NCBI GenBank assembly: GCA_005880875.1
Contig: VBJI01000076.1
Location: 1 to 53,697, forward strand
Direction: 5' to 3'
DNA from: Chloroflexota bacterium
Lineage (GTDB): Bacteria > Chloroflexota > Dormibacteria > CF-121
DNA: 53,697 nt
Positions 25,368 through 33,830 of this stretch are shown here, in pieces. The position numbers were made by a program, and so were the translations under genes. Each line of letters starts with the position of its first letter. Position 1 is the first letter of the stretch. Below the pieces are notes generated by a model, which made no database searches, had not been told where the DNA came from, and worked only from the letters and a program-made list of their open reading frames with translations.

Positions 25368-26479
25368 GCCGATTCGTCATTCCTTCACTGCACCCACGGT
25401 GGCGACCGTGGGTGAACCTGGTGCTCCTGGGGCTGCTGGTCAAGGGACTGCTGGTCGCGCTGACCCTGGCGGCTTACGGCGCCTACCCCGATCCGCTGAC
25501 CGCCCTTGGCCGTGAGTGGGACCAGTGGGATGCCGCCCACTATCTCTACCTCGCGACGCACGGTTACGCCACCAGCGGTGACGCTCGCAACCTGATCGCC
25601 TTCTTCCCGCTCTATCCGGCCGTGATCAACGCACTGGCCGCGGTCGGGCTGCCCGCCCGGCTGGCGGCGCTGCTGATCAGCAACGTGGCGGGCGTGGTGG
25701 CGGCGATCGCGCTCTACGAGCTGGCGCGAACGGATGAGCCGGAGAAGGCGGCCTTCAGGGCAGCGGCTCTCTTCACGGTCTTTCCGACGGCCTACTTTCT
25801 GATGGTCGGCTACACCGAAGGGCTCTTTTGTGCGCTCGCCTTCGGTGCCGTGCTGCAGGCCCGCCGCCGGCGTTGGATCGCCTCGGGGATGCTCGCCGGC
25901 CTGGCCGCGGCGGCCCGACTCACCGGCCTGGCGTTGCTTCCCGCGATCGTGATCGAGCTGTATCTCGCCCGCCGAGTCCTGTACTCGATCTGGCAGGCGC
26001 TGCTGCCACCGCTGTTGATCGCGCTCGGGTTCGCCACCTACCTGATGACCAACCTGCTGGTGCTGGGCAGTCCGGCGGCCTTTTACGCCGTCCAGCGAGA
26101 CCATTGGTCCCATTCGCTGGCCGCGCCCTGGGTCGGCTTCGCCGCGGCGATCCGCAGCATCGGCTGGCGCGTTCCCTGGGAGAAGCTCACGGTCGGCGGC
26201 GGCGAGATCGTGGGCGGCATCGCCGCCTATGCGACCGCGACGTTGAGCTGGTTGCGCCTGCGCCCGTCAGACGCGGCCTATGCCACCGTGCTCACGGTCA
26301 TGGTCACGTTCGTACCCTTCTGGCTGAGCATCCCTCGCTATCTGCTGGCGATGTATCCGCTGTTCCTGCTGGCTGGCCGGATCCAGCGCTCCTGGGTCTA
26401 TCTGGCAATCGTAGCCGTGTCAGTCATTGCCCTCGTGATTTTCGGGCTCGCCTTCGGTCGCGGTTACTGGGCGTTCTAG
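25313..26479 (+). CDS. PIG-V-like (GT76-like) GT-C membrane mannosyltransferase family protein
   Basis: It has WDQWDAAHYLYLATHGY...LIAFFPLYP and about 9-10 TM segments. The track start (GTG 25313) would overlap the divergent IMPase gene by 55 nt. TTG 25346 or GTG 25412 are more plausible starts. Confidence 0.7.
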   Translation: MRTLSETAARPLTRYRTPSRFVIPSLHPRWRPWVNLVLLGLLVKGLLVALTLAAYGAYPDPLTALGREWDQWDAAHYLYLATHGYATSGDARNLIAFFPLYPAVINALAAVGLPARLAALLISNVAGVVAAIALYELARTDEPEKAAFRAAALFTVFPTAYFLMVGYTEGLFCALAFGAVLQARRRRWIASGMLAGLAAAARLTGLALLPAIVIELYLARRVLYSIWQALLPPLLIALGFATYLMTNLLVLGSPAAFYAVQRDHWSHSLAAPWVGFAAAIRSIGWRVPWEKLTVGGGEIVGGIAAYATATLSWLRLRPSDAAYATVLTVMVTFVPFWLSIPRYLLAMYPLFLLAGRIQRSWVYLAIVAVSVIALVIFGLAFGRGYWAF

Positions 26480-26817
26480 CGGAACAGGTGGGTCAGCACC
26501 GTGCTGATCACGACGTAGACGAGGTAGCCGATCACGATCTGCCAGAAGCCGACATCGAAGTGGACGCTCAGGAGCCCCTGGAGCACCGCGAACGACAGGG
26601 CGAAGAGCAGCGCGTTGAGGACGAGCACGAACAACCCCAGCGTCAGGATGGTCACCGGTAAGGCCAGGATCAGCACCACCGGGCGGATGATGGTATTGAT
26701 CAAGGCCAGGACCAGCGCCATCACGACCGCCGCCCACAGAATTCCTCCGTGGATGTGCCAGATGAATGCGAAGACGAACAGGAGCGCCACCACGTGGATC
26801 AGGAAGCGCGTCAGCAC
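26476..26817 (-). CDS. DUF360 / phage-holin-4-like small membrane protein (YvlD-type)
   Basis: This 113-aa protein has 4 TM segments, including GGILWAAVVMALVLALINTIIRPVVLILALPVTILTLGLFVLVLNALLF. Confidence 0.7.
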   Translation of the reverse strand: MLTRFLIHVVALLFVFAFIWHIHGGILWAAVVMALVLALINTIIRPVVLILALPVTILTLGLFVLVLNALLFALSFAVLQGLLSVHFDVGFWQIVIGYLVYVVISTVLTHLFR

Positions 26818-26846
26818 GGCGCCGACATTGTAGTCGTCCGACGAGC

Positions 26847-28793
26847 TCAGCCAGGAACGGCATAGACCTCGTAATTGGCCGTGCGCAGCGCGAGTCGGAA
26901 GCTGGTGTTGAAGTAAGTGAGATTCGGATGCAGTGTCGCCATCTCATTCGGACCGATCACGACGTAATCCGCGCGATAGTGATGCAACAACTGGAGCCCG
27001 CTGGCGCCTCCGTTGTAGATCCGCGCCAGATCGGCCTCCCGCTGCGTGTAGTTGATGCCGTAACTCCACAGCCAGCCCGGGTAACTCATCAACACCGACC
27101 GGCCGGCCAGGTCCGCGATCGGGTTGTTCGGCTGCTCGCCGGTGACAAAGACCGCGGTCGCCGGCGTGCGCTGGCGAACCTGAGCGGCGAGCTGGACCTC
27201 CTCCGCCGAAAACCAGACATACGCGGGTCCCTGCGGCGGCAGGAATTGGAGCAGGGAGAGCCCGCCAGCCGCCACCAGCGTGACCCATATGATCGCGGCT
27301 CCGACCGTCCCCGCGAGCGTCGCCCGCCAGGTTCGAATCAGCATTGCGCCGACCGCCACCGCACTGGCCAGGTACCAGAACACCAGCAGCTTGCTGTTGT
27401 CCCAATCCCACGGCTGGAACTTGATCAGGTTGGCGACCAGGAAAACCAGGCTGAAGGGGGCGATCAACAGCCGCGCCCGCCGGGTCAATGCCAGCGGGCT
27501 CAGCAGCGCCAGCAGTAGCAGCGGCCAGAACAGCCCCGTGTTCTTGATCCAGAACCAGGGCGGGAAGTCCGTCCCCGACATCCAGCCGATCAGCCAGCTG
27601 GGATACTGATGCTCGGGTGGGGCACCGGGGTCGCCGGGCACCGCCGTCAACAGGCGGGGCACGGCCAGGACGAGCATCACCAGGAAGAAGCCGATCCACG
27701 CGGGCCGAGGAAATAGGAGCGCCCAGCAGCCGGTGACGAGGCCGATGACGACGATGCTGTGCACGTGAAACAGGGGAAGCAGGCCGGCCAGCGCGCCGGC
27801 GACGATGAAGGCGACGGCCTCGCTCTTGAGCGTCCACCGTCGCCATGACCGCCGGATCGCCTGAAGGGTCCCGGCCCAATCAAAGAATGGCGTGTGCAGC
27901 AGTGGCGGGGTCAGCAGGAGCAAGACGGCGAGGACGATGGCGGCGCCGAAGACGAACGATCGCTGCGGGAGATAGTAGGAAAGGATCGGGTTGTACCACT
28001 GGATGTTGACCGGCGGGGGGTAGCGGTCATAGGTCTGCGGGATATGGGCCAGGGTGCTGAGCAAACCCCGGCGGGCCGCGTCCCCGATGAAGAACCAGAA
28101 TCCGAGCCCCCCGCCCAGCAAGGTCAGCGTGGCCGCGATGACACCGGCGGCGACGCTACCGGTGAGACGCCGGGCCCAGAGGATGAGGCCGCTGAGCGCC
28201 AGCACGGTCATCGCCCAGCTGGGCCAGATCAGCGCGGCCGGCAGGCTCCAGCCGCCGCCGATCAACAGCGCACTGGCGAAGTCCGGGGCGAATGGATAGC
28301 GAAAGGGCGTTCCCGCGAACAATGGATTCTGGGGCGGAAGGTTATGACCGTAGACGAAGGTGGTCGCATAACTGGCGTGGAACGACCAGTCAGACCAGGT
28401 GTTGTTGTAATGGGCGAGCCAGGCATCGGGCGTGACCTCAACCGCGCGCGTAAAGAGGTAGCCCATCGCCAGCGCCAGCAGCGCGACGGCCGCCAGCAAC
28501 GCCCCTGACCGCGGAGCCAGCTGGCTGCGCCATCGCTGACGATGCCGGCTCAACAGGACGCCTCCGGCGACGATCCCGACCGCCGCTAGCAGGAGGACCA
28601 GCCCCACGGTCACGCCGATGGCGAGCGCGAGGACGTAGCCGAGAACCGTCAGGGCGACCACCGCGATCACGATGCCGATCACCGCCCGCTCCCCGGTCAT
28701 CAACCAGGGGGGACCGCCCGCGGCGAGGCCGAGGCCGAGGGTCAGGCCGCCCGCGCACAGCGCTAGCCCGGGGAGGTCCAGTAGCAAAGGCAC
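26847..28793 (-). CDS. Large polytopic membrane protein, GT-C-like putative glycosyltransferase
   Basis: It has about 14 TM segments with a conserved-looking loop (HASYATTFVYGHNLPPQNPLFAGTPFRYPFAPDF). A C-terminal soluble domain follows (VFVTGEQPNNPIADLAGRSVLMSYPGW...). I could not assign the family with confidence. The start is uncertain because of a 31-nt overlap with the upstream gene. Confidence 0.55.
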   Translation of the reverse strand: MPLLLDLPGLALCAGGLTLGLGLAAGGPPWLMTGERAVIGIVIAVVALTVLGYVLALAIGVTVGLVLLLAAVGIVAGGVLLSRHRQRWRSQLAPRSGALLAAVALLALAMGYLFTRAVEVTPDAWLAHYNNTWSDWSFHASYATTFVYGHNLPPQNPLFAGTPFRYPFAPDFASALLIGGGWSLPAALIWPSWAMTVLALSGLILWARRLTGSVAAGVIAATLTLLGGGLGFWFFIGDAARRGLLSTLAHIPQTYDRYPPPVNIQWYNPILSYYLPQRSFVFGAAIVLAVLLLLTPPLLHTPFFDWAGTLQAIRRSWRRWTLKSEAVAFIVAGALAGLLPLFHVHSIVVIGLVTGCWALLFPRPAWIGFFLVMLVLAVPRLLTAVPGDPGAPPEHQYPSWLIGWMSGTDFPPWFWIKNTGLFWPLLLLALLSPLALTRRARLLIAPFSLVFLVANLIKFQPWDWDNSKLLVFWYLASAVAVGAMLIRTWRATLAGTVGAAIIWVTLVAAGGLSLLQFLPPQGPAYVWFSAEEVQLAAQVRQRTPATAVFVTGEQPNNPIADLAGRSVLMSYPGWLWSYGINYTQREADLARIYNGGASGLQLLHHYRADYVVIGPNEMATLHPNLTYFNTSFRLALRTANYEVYAVPG

Positions 28794-30406
28794 CAGTTGG
28801 GCCAGGGCTTGACGAACGCAAACCAGACGTGACTGTTGAGGGCGTCTGGGGTCAATGGCAGCCCGGTCCAGAGCGGATAGAAATAGAGGAAGAACCCGAT
28901 CACCATCACGAGGTACGCGTAGGCCGGGACCGCGCCACTTATCCGCAGGGCGATCCCGGGGAGCGCGCCCCGAAGCGAACGGAGATAGGTCAGCGCGAGC
29001 GCCAGCGCGAGGAACATCGCCGGCAACCCTCCCAGCATGTGGTAGAGGAACAGCCCGCGCGGAACTCGCGACAACGGCAACCAGGCGGCGGCGAAGGCGA
29101 GCAGGATGAAGATGGTCGCGTAGAGTCGCCGGTCGAGCGGTCCGGCGCGGTCGCGCTGCGCAGCCTCCGGCGGGTCAAGCCGATGTCGAGTGCGGTAATC
29201 CTGGATCAATGCCGCCATCCCGACCGCGAGGCCAACCAACGCCGCGGTCGCCGCCCACCAGGTCAAGGGGTTGCCCAGGTTGAAGATCTCGGCCACCAGC
29301 GCCGACCCGGTCGACTGGTCGATGCCCAGCCGCTGGTTCGTGTAGTAGTAGACAACGGGTCGAAAGTCGAGGGGCCATGACCACCAGGGGCTGTAGAAGA
29401 TGTGAGGCGCCGTCAGCGTGATGTGGTAGTGCCAGGTTTGCCAGTGCCACTCGCGCAGCTCGGTCCAGGCGGAGCTGAGGCTGAGGTGAAATGGCGCAAA
29501 CGATAGCGCCGGTTGGGACAGGCGGGTGATGCCGTGCGTGATCGTGAGGTAGCGGATGAAGGTCAGCCCATAGACGATGGCGGGTAGCAGGGCGAGGCTC
29601 AACAACGAGACGGCGCCGGTGCTCCGGTCGTAGCGCGTCCAGCGCATGATCAGCCGAAACACCAGGATGACGACGATGGTCCCGTAAACGGCCAGCGTCG
29701 TCCACTTCGCGCCGATCGCCAGCCCCAGCGCCACGCCGGTGGCGACGATCAGCCACCGCCGTCGCCAAACGGTGTCGGCGTTCAAGTGAAGATGGAAGAG
29801 CAGGTAGACCAGCACGGCGAGCGTGATGGGGATGATGTCGATGACGGCCGTGCGCGACTCGACGAAGGTCATGCCGTCGAACGCCGTCAGCACGCCGGCG
29901 GCGATGGCAAAGAATCGCACCGCCAGCAGCTGGCGAGCGAGCAGGTACATGAGCGGAATCAGCGCCGTGCCGAAGAGCGCCGGCATGAAGCGCCAGCCGA
30001 AGGAGTTGAAGCCGAACAGCTTGATCCCGATCGCGATGATGAGCTTCGCGAGTGGCGGCTCGGGGTCGAAGTAGTCCTGGCCGAGCAGGTCCTTGTGGGC
30101 ATCGTTGGCGAAGTACAGCTCGTCGAAAACGAACGGCGAGTTCGGCGCGATGTCGTCCTTCTTCCCCAACCCGGGCAGGGACGGATCCTGGTAGTCGTGC
30201 CCGATCCCCCAGGCGCTGATCGGCGCCGCCGATCCCGGGTGAGCGAAGATGTCGAGGAAGATCGGGCTGCCGAAACGCAGGAGACCGGCAACCAGCGTGA
30301 GCGCGATCAGCCAGTACCAATCGTGACGCTCGATCCGCCACCAGGCCGCCGCCGGCATCCGTGGCGACCTGGCGGGCGCGGTCGGGGACGGGGCGGCGAC
30401 GCTCAT
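28763..30406 (-). CDS. Dolichyl/polyprenyl-phosphate-mannose protein O-mannosyltransferase (GT39, Pmt-like)
   Basis: The loop-1 acidic motif is FVFDELYFANDAHKDL, followed by PPLAKLIIAIGIKLFGFNSFGWRFMPALFGTALIPLMYLLARQL. It is polytopic. Its ATG shares 1 nt with the upstream stop. Confidence 0.85.
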   Translation of the reverse strand: MSVAAPSPTAPARSPRMPAAAWWRIERHDWYWLIALTLVAGLLRFGSPIFLDIFAHPGSAAPISAWGIGHDYQDPSLPGLGKKDDIAPNSPFVFDELYFANDAHKDLLGQDYFDPEPPLAKLIIAIGIKLFGFNSFGWRFMPALFGTALIPLMYLLARQLLAVRFFAIAAGVLTAFDGMTFVESRTAVIDIIPITLAVLVYLLFHLHLNADTVWRRRWLIVATGVALGLAIGAKWTTLAVYGTIVVILVFRLIMRWTRYDRSTGAVSLLSLALLPAIVYGLTFIRYLTITHGITRLSQPALSFAPFHLSLSSAWTELREWHWQTWHYHITLTAPHIFYSPWWSWPLDFRPVVYYYTNQRLGIDQSTGSALVAEIFNLGNPLTWWAATAALVGLAVGMAALIQDYRTRHRLDPPEAAQRDRAGPLDRRLYATIFILLAFAAAWLPLSRVPRGLFLYHMLGGLPAMFLALALALTYLRSLRGALPGIALRISGAVPAYAYLVMVIGFFLYFYPLWTGLPLTPDALNSHVWFAFVKPWPNWCLCYWTSPG

Positions 30407-30951
30407 CAGCCGGCCTGTCCGCGCAGGCGGCTCTTCACCTCGTTCACGAACTCGTCGACGTCGACGATCGGGAGCACCACGTCGGCACCGGCGACGAATC
30501 GCGGACCGAGCCGCCGTTCCGTCTGGTTCACCAGGTTGTCCTGGCGCCGGTCGAGCCGGATGTAGGCGGCGGGCTCTTTAGCCAACCGCCGGACGAAGCG
30601 GTTGACGAAACGTCGCCGCTCGGCCGGCTGGAACGCCACTTCGAGCGGCTGGCGCCGCACCCGGGAAACCGCCGTATACGGAAGGTCGATACGGCGCCAG
30701 AGGTAGCGAACGCGCAATCCTTCGTCAGAGGCGTCCACATACGAGGCCAGCCGCATCAGCCAGAACGCGACCAGGATCCCACCGTCCAGGACGAGCACCG
30801 GGAGGAACGAGATGATCGAGCGCTTCGCAACCAGTTGGACGAGGACCAGCACGACGAGGATGACGAAGAAGCTGCCGTAGAACCAGATGCCGTCGTTCCA
30901 TCGCTGAATCGAGTAACGGATTGGGAAGCGGCGGGTCCCGCCCTTGGTCAT
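30406..30951 (-). CDS. Small membrane protein with PH-like C-terminal domain (hypothetical)
   Basis: The start was re-placed at ATG 30951 (MTKGGTRRF...), which forms an ATGA overlap with the epimerase stop. It has two TM segments followed by a soluble domain. The family call is tentative. Confidence 0.55.
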   Translation of the reverse strand: MTKGGTRRFPIRYSIQRWNDGIWFYGSFFVILVVLVLVQLVAKRSIISFLPVLVLDGGILVAFWLMRLASYVDASDEGLRVRYLWRRIDLPYTAVSRVRRQPLEVAFQPAERRRFVNRFVRRLAKEPAAYIRLDRRQDNLVNQTERRLGPRFVAGADVVLPIVDVDEFVNEVKSRLRGQAG

Positions 30952-32045
30952 CGAGCCACGCGTACGGTCCCGGTGCGCTCCATCAGATACTCGGCGCCCT
31001 CGAAATAGGTGTCGAGGTTGGGTTGCTCCTGCAGCCATTGCCAGTACTCCCTCGCCATCGCCTCGAGCCCCGACTGCGCGTCCCAACCGGTGGCTTTCAG
31101 CCGGCTGACGTCGGGCACGGCGTGCCGCGCGTCACCGACCCGATATCGGCCGGGCGTTTCCGGGGTCAGCTCGCTGTCAGCGGCGCGCAACAGGGTGCGG
31201 GCCAGATCGATTACCGTGTGAGCCCGCCCACTCGCGACGTTGTAGGCGCCCGTCGGAAGCTCGCCCAGCGCGGCCAGGTTCGCCCGGGCCACATCGTCGA
31301 CGTCGACGAAATCGCGCAACTGGTTGCCATCCTCCAGCAGCACCGGCGGCTGATGGTGGGCAAGGCGAAGGGCAAAAATCCGAAGGGCGCCGTAGTACGC
31401 ATTCTGAAACGGTTGGGCTCGGCCCTGGACCGCCCCATAGCGAAGGATCACCCATTCGATCCCGTGCCGCTCCCCCAGGAGCCGGACCAGCTCTTCCTGG
31501 GCCAGCTTGCTCAGGCCATAGGCGCTGGTGGGCCGTGCCACCGATTCATCGGTGACCATCGGGGTCACGGCGCCGCCGCAAATCGGGCAGGGAGGATCCC
31601 AGACGCCTCGCTCGAGCGCATCCACCCGGCGCGGCTGCGGGTAAACGTCGCCGTCCTTGCCGCAGCGGTATTTCCCCTCACCGTAGACCGCCATCGTCGA
31701 CGCCAGCACCACACGTCGCACCGCCGTCTTCCCCTCGAGGAGGAGCTCGAACAGGATGGCCGTGCCGACCGCATTCACGTGGAAGAGCTTGCTGAATGCC
31801 GGCAGATAGTCATGGTGGTCGGCAAGGTGAAGCACGACCTCGTTTTCCTTCAGGGCTTTGACCCAATCCTCGCGCTTGCGGACATCACCTTCGACCAGCT
31901 CCATCCCGGCGGGGAGCGCCGGAGGCCGGTCATGAGCCGGGGGCGAGAGGTTGTCGAGGACCGTGACCTGGTGGCCCTGCTTGAGCAACAGCTGGCCGGT
32001 GCGCTGACCAATGAAGCCGGCCCCGCCGGTGATCAGCACCTTCAT
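30948..32045 (-). CDS. NAD-dependent epimerase/dehydratase (extended SDR; UDP-hexose 4-epimerase-like)
   Basis: It has the MKVLITGGAGFIGQ Rossmann motif and YGLSKLAQE (YxxxK). A Cys-containing insert (YRCGKDG...CPICGG) is present. Confidence 0.88.
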   Translation of the reverse strand: MKVLITGGAGFIGQRTGQLLLKQGHQVTVLDNLSPPAHDRPPALPAGMELVEGDVRKREDWVKALKENEVVLHLADHHDYLPAFSKLFHVNAVGTAILFELLLEGKTAVRRVVLASTMAVYGEGKYRCGKDGDVYPQPRRVDALERGVWDPPCPICGGAVTPMVTDESVARPTSAYGLSKLAQEELVRLLGERHGIEWVILRYGAVQGRAQPFQNAYYGALRIFALRLAHHQPPVLLEDGNQLRDFVDVDDVARANLAALGELPTGAYNVASGRAHTVIDLARTLLRAADSELTPETPGRYRVGDARHAVPDVSRLKATGWDAQSGLEAMAREYWQWLQEQPNLDTYFEGAEYLMERTGTVRVAR

Positions 32046-32169
32046 TGCTGGGGACTATAGCTGACGCCTGATCTCGCCCCGATGCCGAGCCGTGACAGCG
32101 CCGTTACCTGCTCTTCACGGCTCCTTAACAGGCCCACGATTATCGTGATCCCCGCTTCCCCTTCCTTGA

Positions 32170-32202
32170 AGGCCGAGACCCCAATCTCGGCCTTTCTTTT
32201 TT
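32170..32202 (+). terminator. Intrinsic terminator oriented for the PLUS strand (stem AGGCCGAGA/TCTCGGCCT, loop CCCCAA, tail TTTCTTTTTT)
   Basis: Read directly from the sequence. Both flanking genes are on the minus strand, so no plus-strand CDS explains it. Confidence 0.6.
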
Positions 32203-32232
32203 GTCCGGACGCGTTCGGGGCCGGGGGATTGC

Positions 32233-33036
32233 CTAGATTCGAGCCGCTTCGAGGGACCGCTGGCAATTGCAGCTCGGGCTCGTCGGGATCAGGGGGATGA
32301 GGGTCGCGAGCAGGTTGCGGACCCGGCCGATATTTTCCGCCAGCACCCGCATCACGTCCTGGGCCTGCACGGCCGATATCTCCGGCGAGCCTTCGAGTCC
32401 CGCATCGTAGTCGGTCACCAGCGACAGGTTCAGGTAGCACATCTCCAGCTCGCGCGCCAGGATCACCTCCGGATACTGGGTCATGCCGACGATGTCCCAG
32501 CCCATCCGGCTGAACCAGCGGCTTTCCGCTCGGGTCGAGAAGCGCGGCCCCTGCACGACGACGACCGTTCCGGAGGGCGTGAAACGCAGCGATTGCTGTT
32601 CCGCGATGCGGCCCGACAATTCGCGGAGCTCCGGACAGTACGGGTCGGCCGGACTGACATGAACCACCTCCGGACCGGGGTAGTAGGTGTCCGCCCGGCC
32701 AGTGGTGCGATCGAAGAACTGATCACAGATCACCAGGTCTCCCGGGTGCAGGTCCGGCTTGAGGCTGCCCACCGCGGACGGGCCGATGATCCGCCGGACA
32801 CCGAGCTCGTGCATCGCCCAGACGTTGGCACGGTAGTTGACAAAGGGCGCCGAGACCTCGTGGTTGGGGCCGTGCCGCGGTAGAAACGCGAGGCTGCGCC
32901 CGCCAACCTGGGCCAGCGCGATCGACCCGCTGGGCGGACCGTAGGGGGTGGCGATCTCGATCTCCTCGGCGGCGTCGAGCCATTCGTAGAAACCGGATCC
33001 GCCGAAGATGCCGATCTCGGCTGTCAGCGGCGTCAC
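32233..33036 (-). CDS. mtnP: S-methyl-5'-thioadenosine phosphorylase
   Basis: It has IGIFGGSGFY...LAFLPRHGPNHEVSAPFVNYRANVWAMHELGVRRIIGPSAVGSL...DQFFDRT. The start was re-placed at GTG 33036, which forms a GTGA overlap with the upstream stop. Confidence 0.88.
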   Translation of the reverse strand: MTPLTAEIGIFGGSGFYEWLDAAEEIEIATPYGPPSGSIALAQVGGRSLAFLPRHGPNHEVSAPFVNYRANVWAMHELGVRRIIGPSAVGSLKPDLHPGDLVICDQFFDRTTGRADTYYPGPEVVHVSPADPYCPELRELSGRIAEQQSLRFTPSGTVVVVQGPRFSTRAESRWFSRMGWDIVGMTQYPEVILARELEMCYLNLSLVTDYDAGLEGSPEISAVQAQDVMRVLAENIGRVRNLLATLIPLIPTSPSCNCQRSLEAARI

Positions 33037-33830
33037 ACCAGGACGTGACCGCGGGGCGAGACCTGTTCCGCGTAGCGCGACAGGTCGGTGATGCGCGCCC
33101 GCGGGGAGCACACGGGGCAGTCGGGATCACGCGGAAACTCGGTGATCCGGGCCTCACCGCGCAGGCCGTCGTACTGAAAGATGCGACCGCGCAGCGGCGT
33201 GCCGGCGTTGAGAAGGAGCTTGAGCGCTTCCTCCGCCTGCACGCTGCCCACGACGCCGGTGGCCGCCCCGATGATGCCGGCCTCCTCGCAGGTCTGGACG
33301 TCGGCCGGTTCCGGGGGATCCCGGAAAAGGCAGCGCAGGCAGGGCCCGCCCGGAAGAATCGTGGTCACCTGCCCGCCCCATTGGAGGACCGAGCCGTACA
33401 CGAGCGGTTTGCCCAGGAGGACGGCCGCGTCGTTCAGCAGGAACTTCGTCTCGAACGAATCGGTGCCGTCGACGACGACGTCATACTCCGCAAACAGCGC
33501 CGCCACGTTCGACACCCGGACGCTTTCGTTGCGGGCATCGAGGCGGAGTGCCGCGTCGAGGATCAACAGCCGGCCGGCCGCCGCCTCGACCTTCGGTCGG
33601 CCCACATCGCACTCCTCGTAGAGGACCTGACGGTTCAGATTGGAGAGCTCAACCCGCTGGTCATCGATCAATCCGAGGCGTCCCACGCCGGCCGCGGCCA
33701 GGTAGAGAGCGACCGGCGAGCCCAGGCCCCCCAGTCCGGCGATCGCCACGCAGCCGCGCTCGAGCCGTTGCTGTCCGGCTTCGCCAACCTCGGCCAGGAT
33801 TCGCTGCCGGTGATGCCGGGCGTCGGTCAT
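33033..33830 (-). CDS. ThiF/MoeB/HesA-family E1-like adenylyltransferase (copy 1, conserved Cys present)
   Basis: The start was re-placed at ATG 33830 (MTDARHHRQRIL...). It has the IAGLGGLGS nucleotide loop, DDQRVELSNLNRQ, two CxxC pairs (CLRC, CPVC) and TCEEAGIIG. The upstream 100 aa of the track ORF are Arg/Pro junk. Confidence 0.85.
   Translation of the reverse strand: MTDARHHRQRILAEVGEAGQQRLERGCVAIAGLGGLGSPVALYLAAAGVGRLGLIDDQRVELSNLNRQVLYEECDVGRPKVEAAAGRLLILDAALRLDARNESVRVSNVAALFAEYDVVVDGTDSFETKFLLNDAAVLLGKPLVYGSVLQWGGQVTTILPGGPCLRCLFRDPPEPADVQTCEEAGIIGAATGVVGSVQAEEALKLLLNAGTPLRGRIFQYDGLRGEARITEFPRDPDCPVCSPRARITDLSRYAEQVSPRGHVLV

Noticed and set aside
26476-26817. The holin-family small membrane protein as evidence of a prophage or lysis cassette
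   Set aside because: DUF360/holin-4-like proteins are common stand-alone chromosomal genes. No endolysin, spanin or other phage gene is nearby.
32046-32232. Possible SRP (4.5S) RNA on the minus strand (GTGAAGAGCAGG resembles the GGAAGCAGC domain IV motif)
   Set aside because: The match to the conserved GNRA-tetraloop plus GGAAGCAGCC context is incomplete. No matching 5' strand (CAGGUC-type) or closing helix could be found by eye.
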